A program made the translations under genes and the position numbers. From Gavia stellata (Eukaryota): a DNA stretch of 64,000 nt. Positions within the stretch are counted from its first letter, which is position 1. Every line of letters begins with the position of its first letter. Below, piece by piece: positions 49,913 to 60,546 of this stretch. The stretch is taken from the NCBI RefSeq assembly GCF_030936135.1, contig NC_082627.1:269172-333171 (forward strand). The letters run 5' to 3'. Below the pieces are notes generated by a model. It was not told the DNA's origin, did no database searches, and saw only the letters and a list, made by a program, of their open reading frames with translations.

Positions 49913-51654
49913 TTACCAGCTTCCCTCTTGTTAGCATTAGGCAGGTGAGTAGAGGTGCAGAGAGAGGAGAATAGTCAAGGGCTGAGAAGACAGGTACAGG
50001 GGAGGGCACCGTGGTGAGGACCTTGCAGCAATGCCGTGGTGTTGTCATTCAGGTTGTGGCACACGGTCACTGGGCCCCTTTGGGAGGCCCTGGTGTCTCT
50101 GCCCCACACCAGCTCTAGCGGGGCCTGGCTCTCCTGGACGTTCAGTGCTGTGTTTGCCTACTGAGTGGAGTTGTGTTTGGCACCCAGCACCTGGCTTGGC
50201 ACTAGAGGCTTTTTTCTTTTAATGGCATTAAAATGAGAGCCCTGAAATAAAAGTCTTCAGTGCAGGGATGTGGATGTGTCTTAGCTCTAGAGTGACTGGA
50301 GCTTTAGAGAGTACATTGGCAAGAGAGAGACCAGGGTTTCCTCCTGGGGCACTCCTTGGTTTGATCAGCTCAGGGGGACACTTGACAAGGCACATTCAGG
50401 TGCCCTGAATGTCTGGTGTGATTGTGGGTGGCCAGGGATATCCCCCTTCCCCCTCTGGCCCTCAGCTGATGCTCAGGAAGGACCTGGGTATGCTCAGAGA
50501 TTTTCCATCTGAGCTTGCGAACACTTGCACATGTCTTGGGCCACCTCTGGCACCTTGATCATCACAGAGTATCTGTATGCGAGCACCTGAGTCCGTGCTG
50601 AATAAAGGCAAGGGGCTCAGAGCAGGGGCTCACACGCTGGCAACTCTTTTGTGCACACCCAAAGTGAAGCAGGAGGATTCCCAGCTCCTCGAGGTCTGTG
50701 GGGTGCATGGGGAGAGCTGAACCGCGCTTCAACCTGAGGGCTTCCTAGTCAGGAGGAGATGCCTGCACCACCTCAGCTGAATCCCTGCCCTGCACAAGGG
50801 AAACCAACCCCTCCCTGTCCCTGTCTGTGACTCCTTTTTGTTATGGGTTAAGAATGTCGGTGTCCAGAGGGGAACATTGACACTCGTCGTAGAGAACCAC
50901 ACTCGGGTAGGAGAAACCATGCTGCTGGAATCAGTCTCTCTCCACTGTTGGTGATTACTTGAGGTGATGTTGCAGCCCGTTCCCCAGGGGTGACCCTGCT
51001 GCCTTTCAGGAGCTGTCAGCCCCAGAGCTGCAGGGACATCTCCAGTGAGCCCAGAGGGGGCAGAGAAGGTGCTGCCTTGGTCTGGTCCTCTGCTGCTGAG
51101 CTGGGCTGGGCTCCTGGGACGGAGGAAGCTCATGGCAAGTGGGCAGCAGTGCAGAGAGACAGCTCTGCCCAGGCAGAGCTTGTCAGTGAAAGCTGAGGGG
51201 GAAAAGGTGCTGAATATCTCAAATCTTTACAGGCCTTTGCTTACAAGGTCCCCTGCCCCACTCAGCAACAGCTACATATTTTCCTTAGCTGCTGTTGATA
51301 GCTTTTGGAATTGCTTTAGAGAAGCTGTTCTGGTTACCCAGCCCTTGCTGGTTCCAGCTCCAGCTGAGCTCTAACTCGAGTTGCCCTAACTCTACCCCTG
51401 CACGCTCAGACACAGTCTCAGTGTTCCCCCTGGGCAGCCTGTCCCTCTTTCACTGCCTGTGCACATCCACCCAGCAGCCTGAGCTTGGCTGCTCCTGACA
51501 GGGCAGAGGTGGAGGATCACCAGGAGCAGCTCCTGAGGGAGCTCCCAGGGAAAAGCTGTGCCCAGCCCTGGGCAAACTCTGCCCTGAGCACAGGGAAGGC
51601 AGGGGCAGGCTGGAAGAAGAGCAAGATGCTCTGTAAAAGCCCAAGGGAAAACAT

Positions 51655-51727
51655 TGCCAGACCCTGGGCTTGAGGCAGGGACCTTTAGCTCTTCCCTCTA
51701 ACACTCTCCCAGCTGAGCTTCTTCCGC
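51655..51727 (-). pseudogene. Decayed tRNA-Phe-like paralogue (tRNA pseudogene)
   Basis: The minus strand reads GCGGAAGAAGCTCAGCTGGGAGAGTGTTAGAGGGAAGAGCTAAAGGTCCCTGCCTCAAGCCCAGGGTCTGGCA. It retains the D-arm and the GAA triplet but has mutated U33, a broken anticodon stem and a broken T-arm. Flanking sequences (51500-51650, 51730-51880) are homologous to the flanks of the intact tRNA at 47180-47510. Confidence 0.65.
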
Positions 51728-52959
51728 TCTGCCCCAGGAGCCCTAGTCCCCATGCCAGCTGTGCAAGGGCACAGAGAGATACAGAAGACGTGTGCTCTTC
51801 AGGGAGGTTCCCGGGAACAATATGTGGACAGCCCCAAGAGAGGGGAGCTGGCTTCTCCCTGCCCAGGCAGTGCCAAGCGCCCATCTCCTGCCACCCCACC
51901 TCAGCCTGCTGCTGAAAGGTTTCATCACAGCCCCCGAGGCAGCTGGGGCTGTCTGGGGCTCCTGGGCGCTCTGTGGCAGAAGGACGGGACATGGGCATTG
52001 CATCAGCGGTGCTGCAGCAGAATGACAAAATCTGCCCTGGGTGGCACAGCTGGGGCACTGCATGACTGATGCCTCCATGACTGGTTGGGATCCAGGTTTG
52101 TGGTGAACGCCAGATCCACGTTAGGAGTTCCAGGAGTCTCGTGGGCTTCCAGGTCAAATGTGATCAGAGCAAAGACAAGATAGAGGGAACTGCAAAGGCT
52201 GAGGGTGGAGAAAGAAGCGTGGGGCTGATGAAAGAGCTCTCTCCTTCCCCGTAGGGAAGAGAGGTCTCAGGGGATGTAGAGTCTGTGCTGGTGCCATGGC
52301 TCTCTTGCTTGACTCCTGCTGGAGCAAGACTGTTTTGGTCAATGGGAGGAGATGACAGGCAGGGTGGAAGAAGACTTGAATACCTGCACGAATAGGGATG
52401 GCACAACCTCTCTTGGCAACTGACCTCATGGGGAAAACATTTCTCCTTATCCCCTGGTGCCTTCTCTGCTCCAGGCTGAACAAGCTTTGCTCCCTCACTC
52501 TTGCCTTAGATGGCAAGTGCTCCAGCCTGCCCCCAACCCAACCGTCTCATAGCCCTCTGCTGAGCTGCTCCAGCTGATCAATGTCTTGCATGTCCCAGGA
52601 CAGACCTTTGCATGCTCCACTTACTCCTGGCCCCGAGGCAGAGTGTTACCTGTTCAGGATGATCCTCTGTCCTCTCTCAGCAGATGGGGATCAAGACACA
52701 CAGATTTGTATGTGTCAAGTTCTCTCCTTGATCCTTGTGCAATGCTGGGATTTCTTCTCTTTGTACAAATTACAAAGAATGTAAATGTGTTTCATAAGAG
52801 GAGACAGTGAAGCACAGGGAGTGGCTACCCAGAGAAACAATCCGGGTTCCATCATTGTGGACTTTTTCAAGTCACAACTTGGATCAAGCCCTGACCATCC
52901 AGCTCTGAGCCCAGAGCTGACCCTGCTGGGCTGGAGACCTCCTTCCAACCTGAGTGTAG

Positions 52960-53290
52960 TGGTTTTGGCTGGGATAGATTTCAATTTCATCATGGTAGCT
53001 TGTTTCGGGCTGTGTTTTGGCTTTGTGCTGAAAGTAGTGTTACTGACACACTGATAACTTAGTTCTTGCTGAGCAGTGTTTGCACAGCATCAAGGCTTTT
53101 TTTGCTCCTCAAACTGCCCCACCAGCAGGCAGGCTGGGGGTGCACAAGAAGTTGGGGGGGACACAGCTATGACAGCTGACCCCAAGTGACCAAAGGGATA
53201 TTCCATACCATATGATGTCATGCTCAGAGATAAACTGGGGCAGGGATAGGGGTCAGAAGCAGCTGCTGTTGCTCGGGGATTGTCTGGGCA
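52960..53290 (-). mobile_element. Partial copy of the LTR-like repeat in inverted orientation
   Basis: The plus strand shows the reverse complement of the repeat interior (gctgagcagtgtttgcacagcatcaaggc...gctgaccccaagtgaccaaagggatattccataccatatgatgtcatgctcag). Confidence 0.65.
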
Positions 53291-53689
53291 TTGATTGGTT
53301 GGTGGTGAGCATTTGTTTTCTTTTACATCACTTGATTTTCTTGGGTTTTATTTTCCTCTCTCTTTAGTTTTTTTTTTTTTTTTAAGCAGGTTCATCACTA
53401 AGCCTGCCAAGTAGAGACAGCAGCATGGAGAAAGGGCAGAGGAAAAGTCCAGGAGAGGGGATAGCGGTGGGTTGTTCCTTATGAGGCCATGTTAGAGCAA
53501 AGTGAGAGTCCATCAGGTACATCAGCATCATGCGGCCATTCCCTGTAGAGTGACTGCAGAAAGAGGACAGGCACTACACTAACGTGAGGACAGGGTTTAT
53601 CTCATTGGAACGATGACCCCTAGAATGGGATGGGTCACCCCTGACTTCTCATCCCGAGTTATCTCCCGAGGCTTGAGTGGGAGCTGGTG

Positions 53690-55925
53690 GTGATCAGCAC
53701 AGTGGTTACAGACACAGTTTTAGGCCCAGAAGTCCACCAATTTCCAACTGCTGCAAATAGGGAGTCTGCTGAAGACCATCAATCAGATAGCACTGGGCCA
53801 AAGAGAAGGATGTCAGAAATTCCAGCTCTTGCCAGTCCTGGGCAGGCAGTGTTTTCACTACTGGCAAGCAAGCCACTGAAAACCTCTCAGGAAGCATCAT
53901 CAGTTCTCTCTGCTAAAGAACCGCCCTCCATGCGCTCCTCTGCTCAGCCTGGAGAAGGAGAGGCCATCCCAGGGGAGATACCGTCTCTGTCTACAGCTAT
54001 CTTATGGGATGATGCAGAGGAGAAGGAGTCAGACTCTTCCCAGGCGGGCACAGTAGGAGGATGAGAAGCCATGGCAAAAAGCTGGGACACAGGAAATTCT
54101 GACTAGACTTAAGAGAAAAGAATCTGCACTATAAGGTCTATAAGGCACTGGGAAGAGGCCCTCAGAAAGGCTGTGCAATCTCCACAATGGAGATAGTCAA
54201 GCCTCAACTAGATGTAGTGCCACAGGGGTTTTGGATTGTAATGGGTGACTACCTCATTCGGGGGACAGAGGCACCCATCTGTCGGCCCTACCAACCATCT
54301 GGAGAGGTTTGCTGCTTGCTGGGGACCAGGACCCAGGATGCTGTGATGGAAAGTTCAAAGCTCGTCTGTCCCTCTGACTACTACCCCCTGCTCTTATTCC
54401 AAGTGGGCACAAATGACACTGCCAGGGAAAACCTGGACAGGATCAGAGGTGGCTACAGAGCTCTGGGGGTGGTAGTGAAGGGCCTGGGGGCCCAGATGGT
54501 GTTCTTCTCAATCCTGTTGGTGAGGGGAAGGGGTGTGAGCAGAAAAGCACTAGTAGGACAAGTTAATAATTAACTGCAGAACTGGTGTAGGGGACATGGT
54601 TTTGGCTTCTACAACCATGGGACCCTGTCTGCAGACCAGCGTTTGCTTGGGAGAGATGGGATTCACCTCACTAAGAGGGCAAAGCTGGTTCTGCCAACAG
54701 CCTGGCTGACCTCATAAAGAAGGCTTGAAACTAAGAATGACGCGGGAGGCAGGGAGTAACGATCAGTCCTCTAAGGGAGTGACAGAGAGGATCAATGAGC
54801 AAAGGGCATGGAGTGATGTGATGGGAAGGGATCACAAAATCAACAAAATGGGCCTCAAGTGGGGTCCCCTCCAGCACTTTCAGGTAAGCAAGGAAACGCC
54901 TACAAAGCACTGTGAGGGAGAAATCTCTCACACCCTCTCCAAGAACTCCACACGCTGGGGTGTCTCTCTAAAGTATCTGTACTCTAATGCGTGCAGTACA
55001 GGGCATAATCATGAGGGTTTAGAGATCTGTGTGCAGCTGCAGGGCAACAACCTTGTTGCGATCATGGAGACGTGGTGGGATGGCTCCCACATCTGGAGTG
55101 TTGCAATGGAGAGAGAGAGGCTCTTGAGGAAGGAGAAGATGGGAAGACGAGGACAGAGAGTTGCCCTTTACGTGAGAGAACAGCTGGAGTACATGGAGCT
55201 CTGTCTGGGGATGGATAGAGAGCCAAGGGAGAGCTTAAGGTTGAGGATTAAAGAGAGGACAGGAAAGCGTGGCATTATAGTGGAGGTCTGCTATAGGCCA
55301 CATGACCAGGAAGAAAAAGTATATGAGGTCCTCAATGGACAGGTAGGAGAAGCCTCACATTCGCATGGTCCTCATGGGAAACATCAATCACCTTGATATC
55401 TGCTCGAAGGACAACACAATATAAGCAGTTCAGAGGGTTTGTGGAGTGCACTGATGATAAATGCCTCACCCAAGTGACAGAGGAGCCAATGAGGAGAGGT
55501 GCTTTGCTGGACCTCCTCCTCACCAACAAGGAGGGTCTTGTTGGGAATTTGAAGGTCTTGTGACCATGAGATGGGGCTGTAGTGACCAAGAGGTGGTGGA
55601 GTTCAGGATCCTGAGGGGAGGGAGGAAGGTAAAAAGCAATCTCAAACACAAAAAGGAAGCATACAGAGGGAGGGAACAAGGACATGTAAGCTGGGAGGAA
55701 CACAGAGATGTTGTCTGAGCATGGAGGGAGAAAGGTAGGAAAGCTAAAGCCCAAATGGAATGGGATTTGGTGAGGGATGTCAAAGAAAACAAGAAGACCT
55801 TCTTTAAATAGATGGGTAACAAAAGGGAAACTGGGGAAAATGTGGATGAATTGCTCAAGGAGACTGGGGACATGGTGACACTGGACATGGGAAGGGATGA
55901 GGCACTGAATGCCTTCATTGCCTCA
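53690..55925 (+). mobile_element. CR1 LINE 5' portion: ORF1 (SGNH esterase-like domain) plus ORF2 apurinic endonuclease; 3'-truncated, RT absent
   Basis: ORF 54187..54573 reads GDYLIRGTEAPICRP...EVCCLLGTRTQDAV...LLLFQVGTNDTARENLDRIRGGYRALGVVVKGLGAQMVFFSILLVRGRG, with the ORF1 tail LQNWCRGHGFGFYNHGTL...RDGIHLTKRAKLVL in a shifted frame. ORF 54725..55396 reads LEICVQLQGNNLVAIMETWWDGSHIWSVAMERERLLRKEKMGRRGQRVALYVREQLEY..., the CR1 endonuclease, continuing in another frame as RGALLDLLLTNKEGLVGNLKV..GCSDQEVVEFRILRGGRKVKS. The start coordinate is uncertain; it is supported from 54187, with possible ORF1 N-terminus from 53690. Esterase-bearing ORF1 in CR1-like elements is established knowledge. Confidence 0.75.
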
Positions 55926-56240
55926 CTATAGAATCATAGAATCATTTAGGTTGGAAAAGACCTTTAAGATTATCAGATCCAAGTGTTAACCTAACACTGC
56001 TAAGTCACCACTATCCCATGTCCCTAACAAGTCCCAGTAGCTGCCAGCAAGACCAGCCTTCAGGAATCCCAGCTGCCAGAGAGCAGGGGGCAAGTCTGGA
56101 GCATGGAGATGTGCCTTGGTAGAAGAGGATCAGATGAGGGAATACTAAGGCAAACTGGACATACTGAAGTCCCCGTGCCTTTACTACTCCTGATGATTTT
56201 CTTGTCATGTTTTCTATTGGTCCAAGGCTATCCACTGTGG
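55926..56240 (-). mobile_element. CR1 LINE 3' terminal fragment, antisense, abutting and truncating the plus-strand CR1
   Basis: The plus strand shows the antisense CR1 3' UTR (atagaatcatagaatcatttaggttggaaaagacctttaagat...ttaacctaacactgctaagtcaccac). ORF 56011..56235(-) ends ...LLGLVRDMG*, compare CR1 ...VDVALRDMA*. Confidence 0.6.
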
Positions 56241-56724
56241 GAAGTGGACTTCAGAGGAGGTAAAATGGACTTAATATACAGCTGATGAGTGTATCACATC
56301 CCCCTGCGTCTGCGTGCAGTCATTCTCCAAGTAAAGCTGTGAGTTGGTGCCCACGGGCTGAAACATGCAGCTACAGACTTCAGTGCAGAAAGCTCTGATT
56401 TGAACGAGGCTGCTGTAAGTGCCAGGTGGTTGATGAGAGAAAAGGTGGGGCTGGGGGTGGGGCTGAAGAATGGCCATAGATCATCAACATAAAGAAAGGG
56501 TCCTGACTTTTGCGTACATTCGAAGTCCACTGGAGACGCTCAGGATCAATATGGACTGAGGATTTCTGATCTCACAGAATGTGTAAGTAGAAAAATGAAG
56601 AAAAGTGGGGGGAAAAATTAATCCTTTCTTACTGTTTAGTAGTGACATCTTTTGACTTTGACTGCATTCCCGAAACCTCTTGTATTAACCACATGAGAAC
56701 TGAAGGCCTAAAGGAAAATGATGC

Positions 56725-57344
56725 TGTCATGGTTTAAGCCCAGCCGGCAACTAAGCACCACACAGCCGCTCACTCACTCCCCTCAGGTGGGGTGGGGGAG
56801 AGAACCAGAAGAGTAAAAGTGAGAAAACTCGTGGGCTGAGATAAAAACAGTTTAATAGGTAGAGCAAAAAACACCTCGCGGAGAAGCAAAGCGAAAGAAG
56901 GAATTCATTCACCACTTCCCGTCGGCAGGCAGGTGTTCAGCTATCTGCAGGGAAGCAGGGCTCTATCACGCGTAGCGGTTGCTCGGGAAGACAAACGCCA
57001 TTACTCCGAATGTCCCCAGCTTCCTTCTTCCTCCCCCAGCTTTATATACTGAGCATGATGTCATATGGTATGGAATATCCCTTTGGTCAGTTGGGGTCAG
57101 CTGTCCCGGCTGTGTCCCCTCCCAACTTCCCATGCACCCCCAGCCCCCTCACTGGTGGAGTGGTGTGAGGAGCAGAAAAGGCCTTGGTGCTGTGTGAGCC
57201 CTGCTCAGCAGTAACTAAAACATCCCTGCTTTATCAACATTGTTTCCAGCCCAAATCCTAAACACAGCCCCATACAGTCCAAAACACAGCCCCATACTAG
57301 CTGCTATGAAGAAAGTTAACCCCATCCCAGCCAAAACCAGCACA
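56725..57344 (+). mobile_element. LTR-like dispersed repeat, copy 3, flanked by a 5-bp TSD GATGC
   Basis: 620 bp with TG...CA termini. GATGC lies immediately before TGTCATGG and immediately after ...CAGCACA. Confidence 0.8.
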
Positions 57345-59556
57345 GATGCACAGAGCCTTGGCTCGTTAGGGAGTTTTGCATGTTAATGAGACCTCTGGTG
57401 CCAGGTTCCTGAACTGTGGATCCTTTCCCTCATGCAATGCAAATGGCTCTTCCTGGGAGCAGTGTGATGGGACGAGGGTGTGATGCCGAGTGCACGAGAG
57501 CAGTAGGACACTTCCTAGGCTCTGTGGACTAAGGGTGAGTAGGCAATGAGTCTCTGGGCTGTTTGGAACTAGTGTCTTCTCATGGGTGTCGGTGGAAGAG
57601 ACAGTTGCCATGAAAGGGAGGACAAACACTTCAGTTCTGCTGACCTCAGGCGAAACTCTTGGCCATCCCCACCACAGATGGTCCTACACTATCCTATGCC
57701 TCTGCCTGTTCCCCTGCAGATTTTAGCCACCCCGCTGCTTCCCACCTTGCTCTAACCCCATGATGTCCCAAATTTACTGATGTCATTCTGTCCTCACTGG
57801 CTGTAGCTTCAAATGCAAAGCTGAAGATTTGCCAGTGCCTGTGAGTTCCCCACAACTTATCCGGTTTCTTTCAAAGCCTTCCTGATGCTCCTCTAGCTCC
57901 CAAGATGTCCCAGCCCCACACTTGCTTGAATCCTGTACTTATATCCACATCCCAGCACTGAGATGCACATGGATGTTCTCCTGCATCCTTTAAAGTCAAC
58001 GCTCAACCTACTTCGCTTCAGCATAGCAGCACACACACCTCCACACCTCCCCTGCTATTTCAGATCCTCTTCCTGCCTTTAACACACTTACTGCTGTGCA
58101 CACCCCGCTCTCTCCCTGCACTCCCATGGGTCTCACAAACCCTTCCCGCTTCCCCTGCAGATATGGGACCTCCCTCTGGGAGGGTCATGCATTTTCCAGC
58201 ATCATGGATGGTTCTTGTGGTCCATCCAAGTGTGGGCAGTGAAGGAGGGGAAGAGAGCAAGGCCAGCTCATGAGGCGAACTGAACACAGCCACCCCCAGC
58301 AGCGGGCATTCCCTCTCTGCCAGGGTGAGGCATGCACACAACATGGAGACATCTTCCTTATCTTTGCTGTGCACAAGAGGGGACTTTCTTCATGACACCT
58401 TGCCAGGAAAAACCTCCTCTTCCTCCTCCACCCGCACAGATCCACTGCTTTCCATTTCTGGGCTCAGGCATGGCTGGAAGGATTTGCTAATGCCATGAGC
58501 CATCACTTTTTTTCTCAGGGACATCTCCCGACCCTCTCTCCCAGGCCTACACATGGCCAATCACTGCTGCTCAGGGCCACTCACTCTTCAGCAGCAGCTG
58601 GTCAGAGCTGGCCATTTCCCCCCATGCAGGCACTGAGCCCAGCAGGAGAATGGAGATGGCCTCACAGCCAGACTTACCCATAAACTGGGTGAACAGCCAG
58701 CGCTGGAAATGGCTGGTGACAGAGTCAAGAGTGTGAAAAAGGCCCTGGGCCACCGTCCCGGTCTGTCCATGCCACCAAGGGCACAGACTGGCCTCCTCTC
58801 TCCTGCACCTGCGCATCTCGGCTCCCATCCAGGAGCCCTATCTGTGCACCACAAGCCCCCTGATGCGAGCCCTCACCCTGCGCAGTCATGCAGTACAAGC
58901 TGTACACTGACGTTTTTCTCTCGCAGGAACTTTCCAGCTCAGCCCAGCTCCCTCCAAGCCCTCCTACCTCCCCTGCCCTCTCTCCAGCCCAGCCCACTCT
59001 GGTCTGGCCCCACAGCACTACTTGCCACAGGGTGCTGCAGAGCTCTGGCCACTCACCCCAGAGCCCCAGCCCCTCTGAAGGGCACAGCAGCCCCTGGAGG
59101 GGCAGAGAGGAGTCAGCCGCAGAGATGGGGGGCCACAAGGTCAAGGAGGTCAGTGGCACCCTGTGTCCCCTGTTCTCCTCTCCAGCATATCCTGAGAGGT
59201 TTGCAGCCCCTCCGGACCATCCCGTCTCCCCAGGCTGGCACAAGAGCCCAAGTCCTTCTGGTCCTCAAGAGCTCCTGATTCCCCCAGCACAAAGCAGCCT
59301 GCCCCAAGCTGGTGCAGCCAGAAAGGCGTTTCTATTTCCCATTCATTTCTGCTACACTGAAGGTGCATCATAATCCAAGAAGTTGCTGCAGGTTCTTTTA
59401 TTTTCTTAAAGAAAATGTTTTCCCATTTATACAAAGTCTCCGGGTCACACAAGATGGGTGGATCACTAAGGGGAGGCATAATTTTATGTATTTGAAGATA
59501 ACAACATTAAAAGTGGAAAAAGGAAAAAAAAATACAGGAAAGGCAGACTTGGCCTG

Positions 59557-60546
59557 TCATGACATACACTGGGAGGCAGCTGCAGAGGAAGATAGGCAGC
59601 CTATGGCTGCTGAAAGACGTCCAGTTACCAGTTTCCTCAGGGCATCCTTGAGCTCCTGGTTCCTCATGCTGTAGATGAGGGGGTTCACTGCTGGAGGCAC
59701 CACTGAGTACAGAAAAGATACCACCAGATTTAGAAGTGGGGAGGAGAAGGAGGGGGGCTTCAGGTAGGCAATCATGCCAGTGCTAAGAAACAGGGATACC
59801 ACGACCAGGTGAGGGAGGCAGGTGGAAAAGGCTTTGTGCCGTCCCTGCTCAGAGGGGAAGCTTAGCACAGCCCTGAAGATATGCACATAGGACAGCACCA
59901 TGAAAACAAAACACCCCAAAAACAGAAAAGAACTAAAAGCAATAAGCCCAGCTTCCCTGAGGTAGGTGGCTGAGCAGGAGAACCTGAGGATCTGGGGGAC
60001 TTCACAGAAGAACTGGTCCAGGGCATTGCCTTGGCAGAGTGGTAGTGAAAAGGTATTGGCCGTGTGCAGCAGAGCATTGAGAAACCCACTGCCCCAGGCA
60101 GCTGCTGCCATGTGGACACAAGCTCTGCTGCCCAGGAGGGTCCCGTAGTGCAGGGGTTTGCAGATGGCCACGTAGCGGTCATAGGCCATGACAGTGAGAA
60201 GAAAATACTCTGCTGACATCAGAAAGAAAAAGATAAACAATTGAGCAGCACATCCCCCATAGGAGATGGCCCTGGTGTCCCACAGGGAATTGGCCATGGA
60301 TTTGGGGAGAGTGGTGGAGATGGAGCCCAGGTCAAGGAGGGAGAGGTTGAGGAGGAAGAAGTACATGGGGGTGTGGAGGTGGTGGTTGCAAGCTATGGCA
60401 GTGATGATGAGGCCGTTGCCCAGGAGGGCAGCCAGGTAGATGCCCAGGAAGAGCCAGAAGTGCAAGAGCTGCAGCTCCCGGGTGTCTGTGAATGCCAGAA
60501 GGAGGAACTCGGTAATGAAGCTTCCATTGGACATTTGGTCCCTCAT
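59557..60546 (-). CDS. Olfactory receptor, intact single-exon gene of the avian-expanded OR14/gamma-c-like type, about 329 aa from MRDQMSNGSF (alternative start MSNGSF at 60534)
   Basis: ORF 59557..60609(-) reads ...MSNGSFITEFLLLAFTDTRELQLLHFWLFLGIYLAALLGNGLIITAIACNHHLHTPMYFFLLNLSLLDLGSI...MAYDRYVAICKPLHYGTLLGSRAC...KAFSTCLPHLVVVSLF...PAVNPLIYSMRNQELKDALRKL. All OR hallmark motifs are present and there are no internal stops. Confidence 0.9.
   Translation of the reverse strand: MRDQMSNGSFITEFLLLAFTDTRELQLLHFWLFLGIYLAALLGNGLIITAIACNHHLHTPMYFFLLNLSLLDLGSISTTLPKSMANSLWDTRAISYGGCAAQLFIFFFLMSAEYFLLTVMAYDRYVAICKPLHYGTLLGSRACVHMAAAAWGSGFLNALLHTANTFSLPLCQGNALDQFFCEVPQILRFSCSATYLREAGLIAFSSFLFLGCFVFMVLSYVHIFRAVLSFPSEQGRHKAFSTCLPHLVVVSLFLSTGMIAYLKPPSFSSPLLNLVVSFLYSVVPPAVNPLIYSMRNQELKDALRKLVTGRLSAAIGCLSSSAAASQCMS

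Noticed and set aside
35419-57197. Conserved 71-72 aa ORF (MLGKTNAITPNVP... / MGRQTPSLQTSPP...) present in all three LTR-like copies
   Set aside because: Its conservation is explained by the copies being near-identical repeat insertions. It has no start-codon context or protein motif, and LTRs commonly carry spurious short ORFs.
46033-57344. The two LTR-like copies 10.7 kb apart as the 5' and 3' LTRs of one provirus (with the tRNA-Phe as a PBS source)
   Set aside because: Each copy has its own distinct TSD (GGCCCC vs GATGC). No PBS-like TGG... sequence follows the upstream copy. The interior holds a tRNA gene, CR1s and unrelated repeats rather than gag-pol-env. The tRNA sits about 670 bp from the LTR end and is a complete gene, not an 18-nt PBS.
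58709-59278. 189-aa proline-rich ORF and an overlapping antisense 172-aa ORF
   Set aside because: It is low-complexity P/S/A-rich, overlaps an ORF on the opposite strand and lies just downstream of the OR gene. This is typical GC-rich noise.
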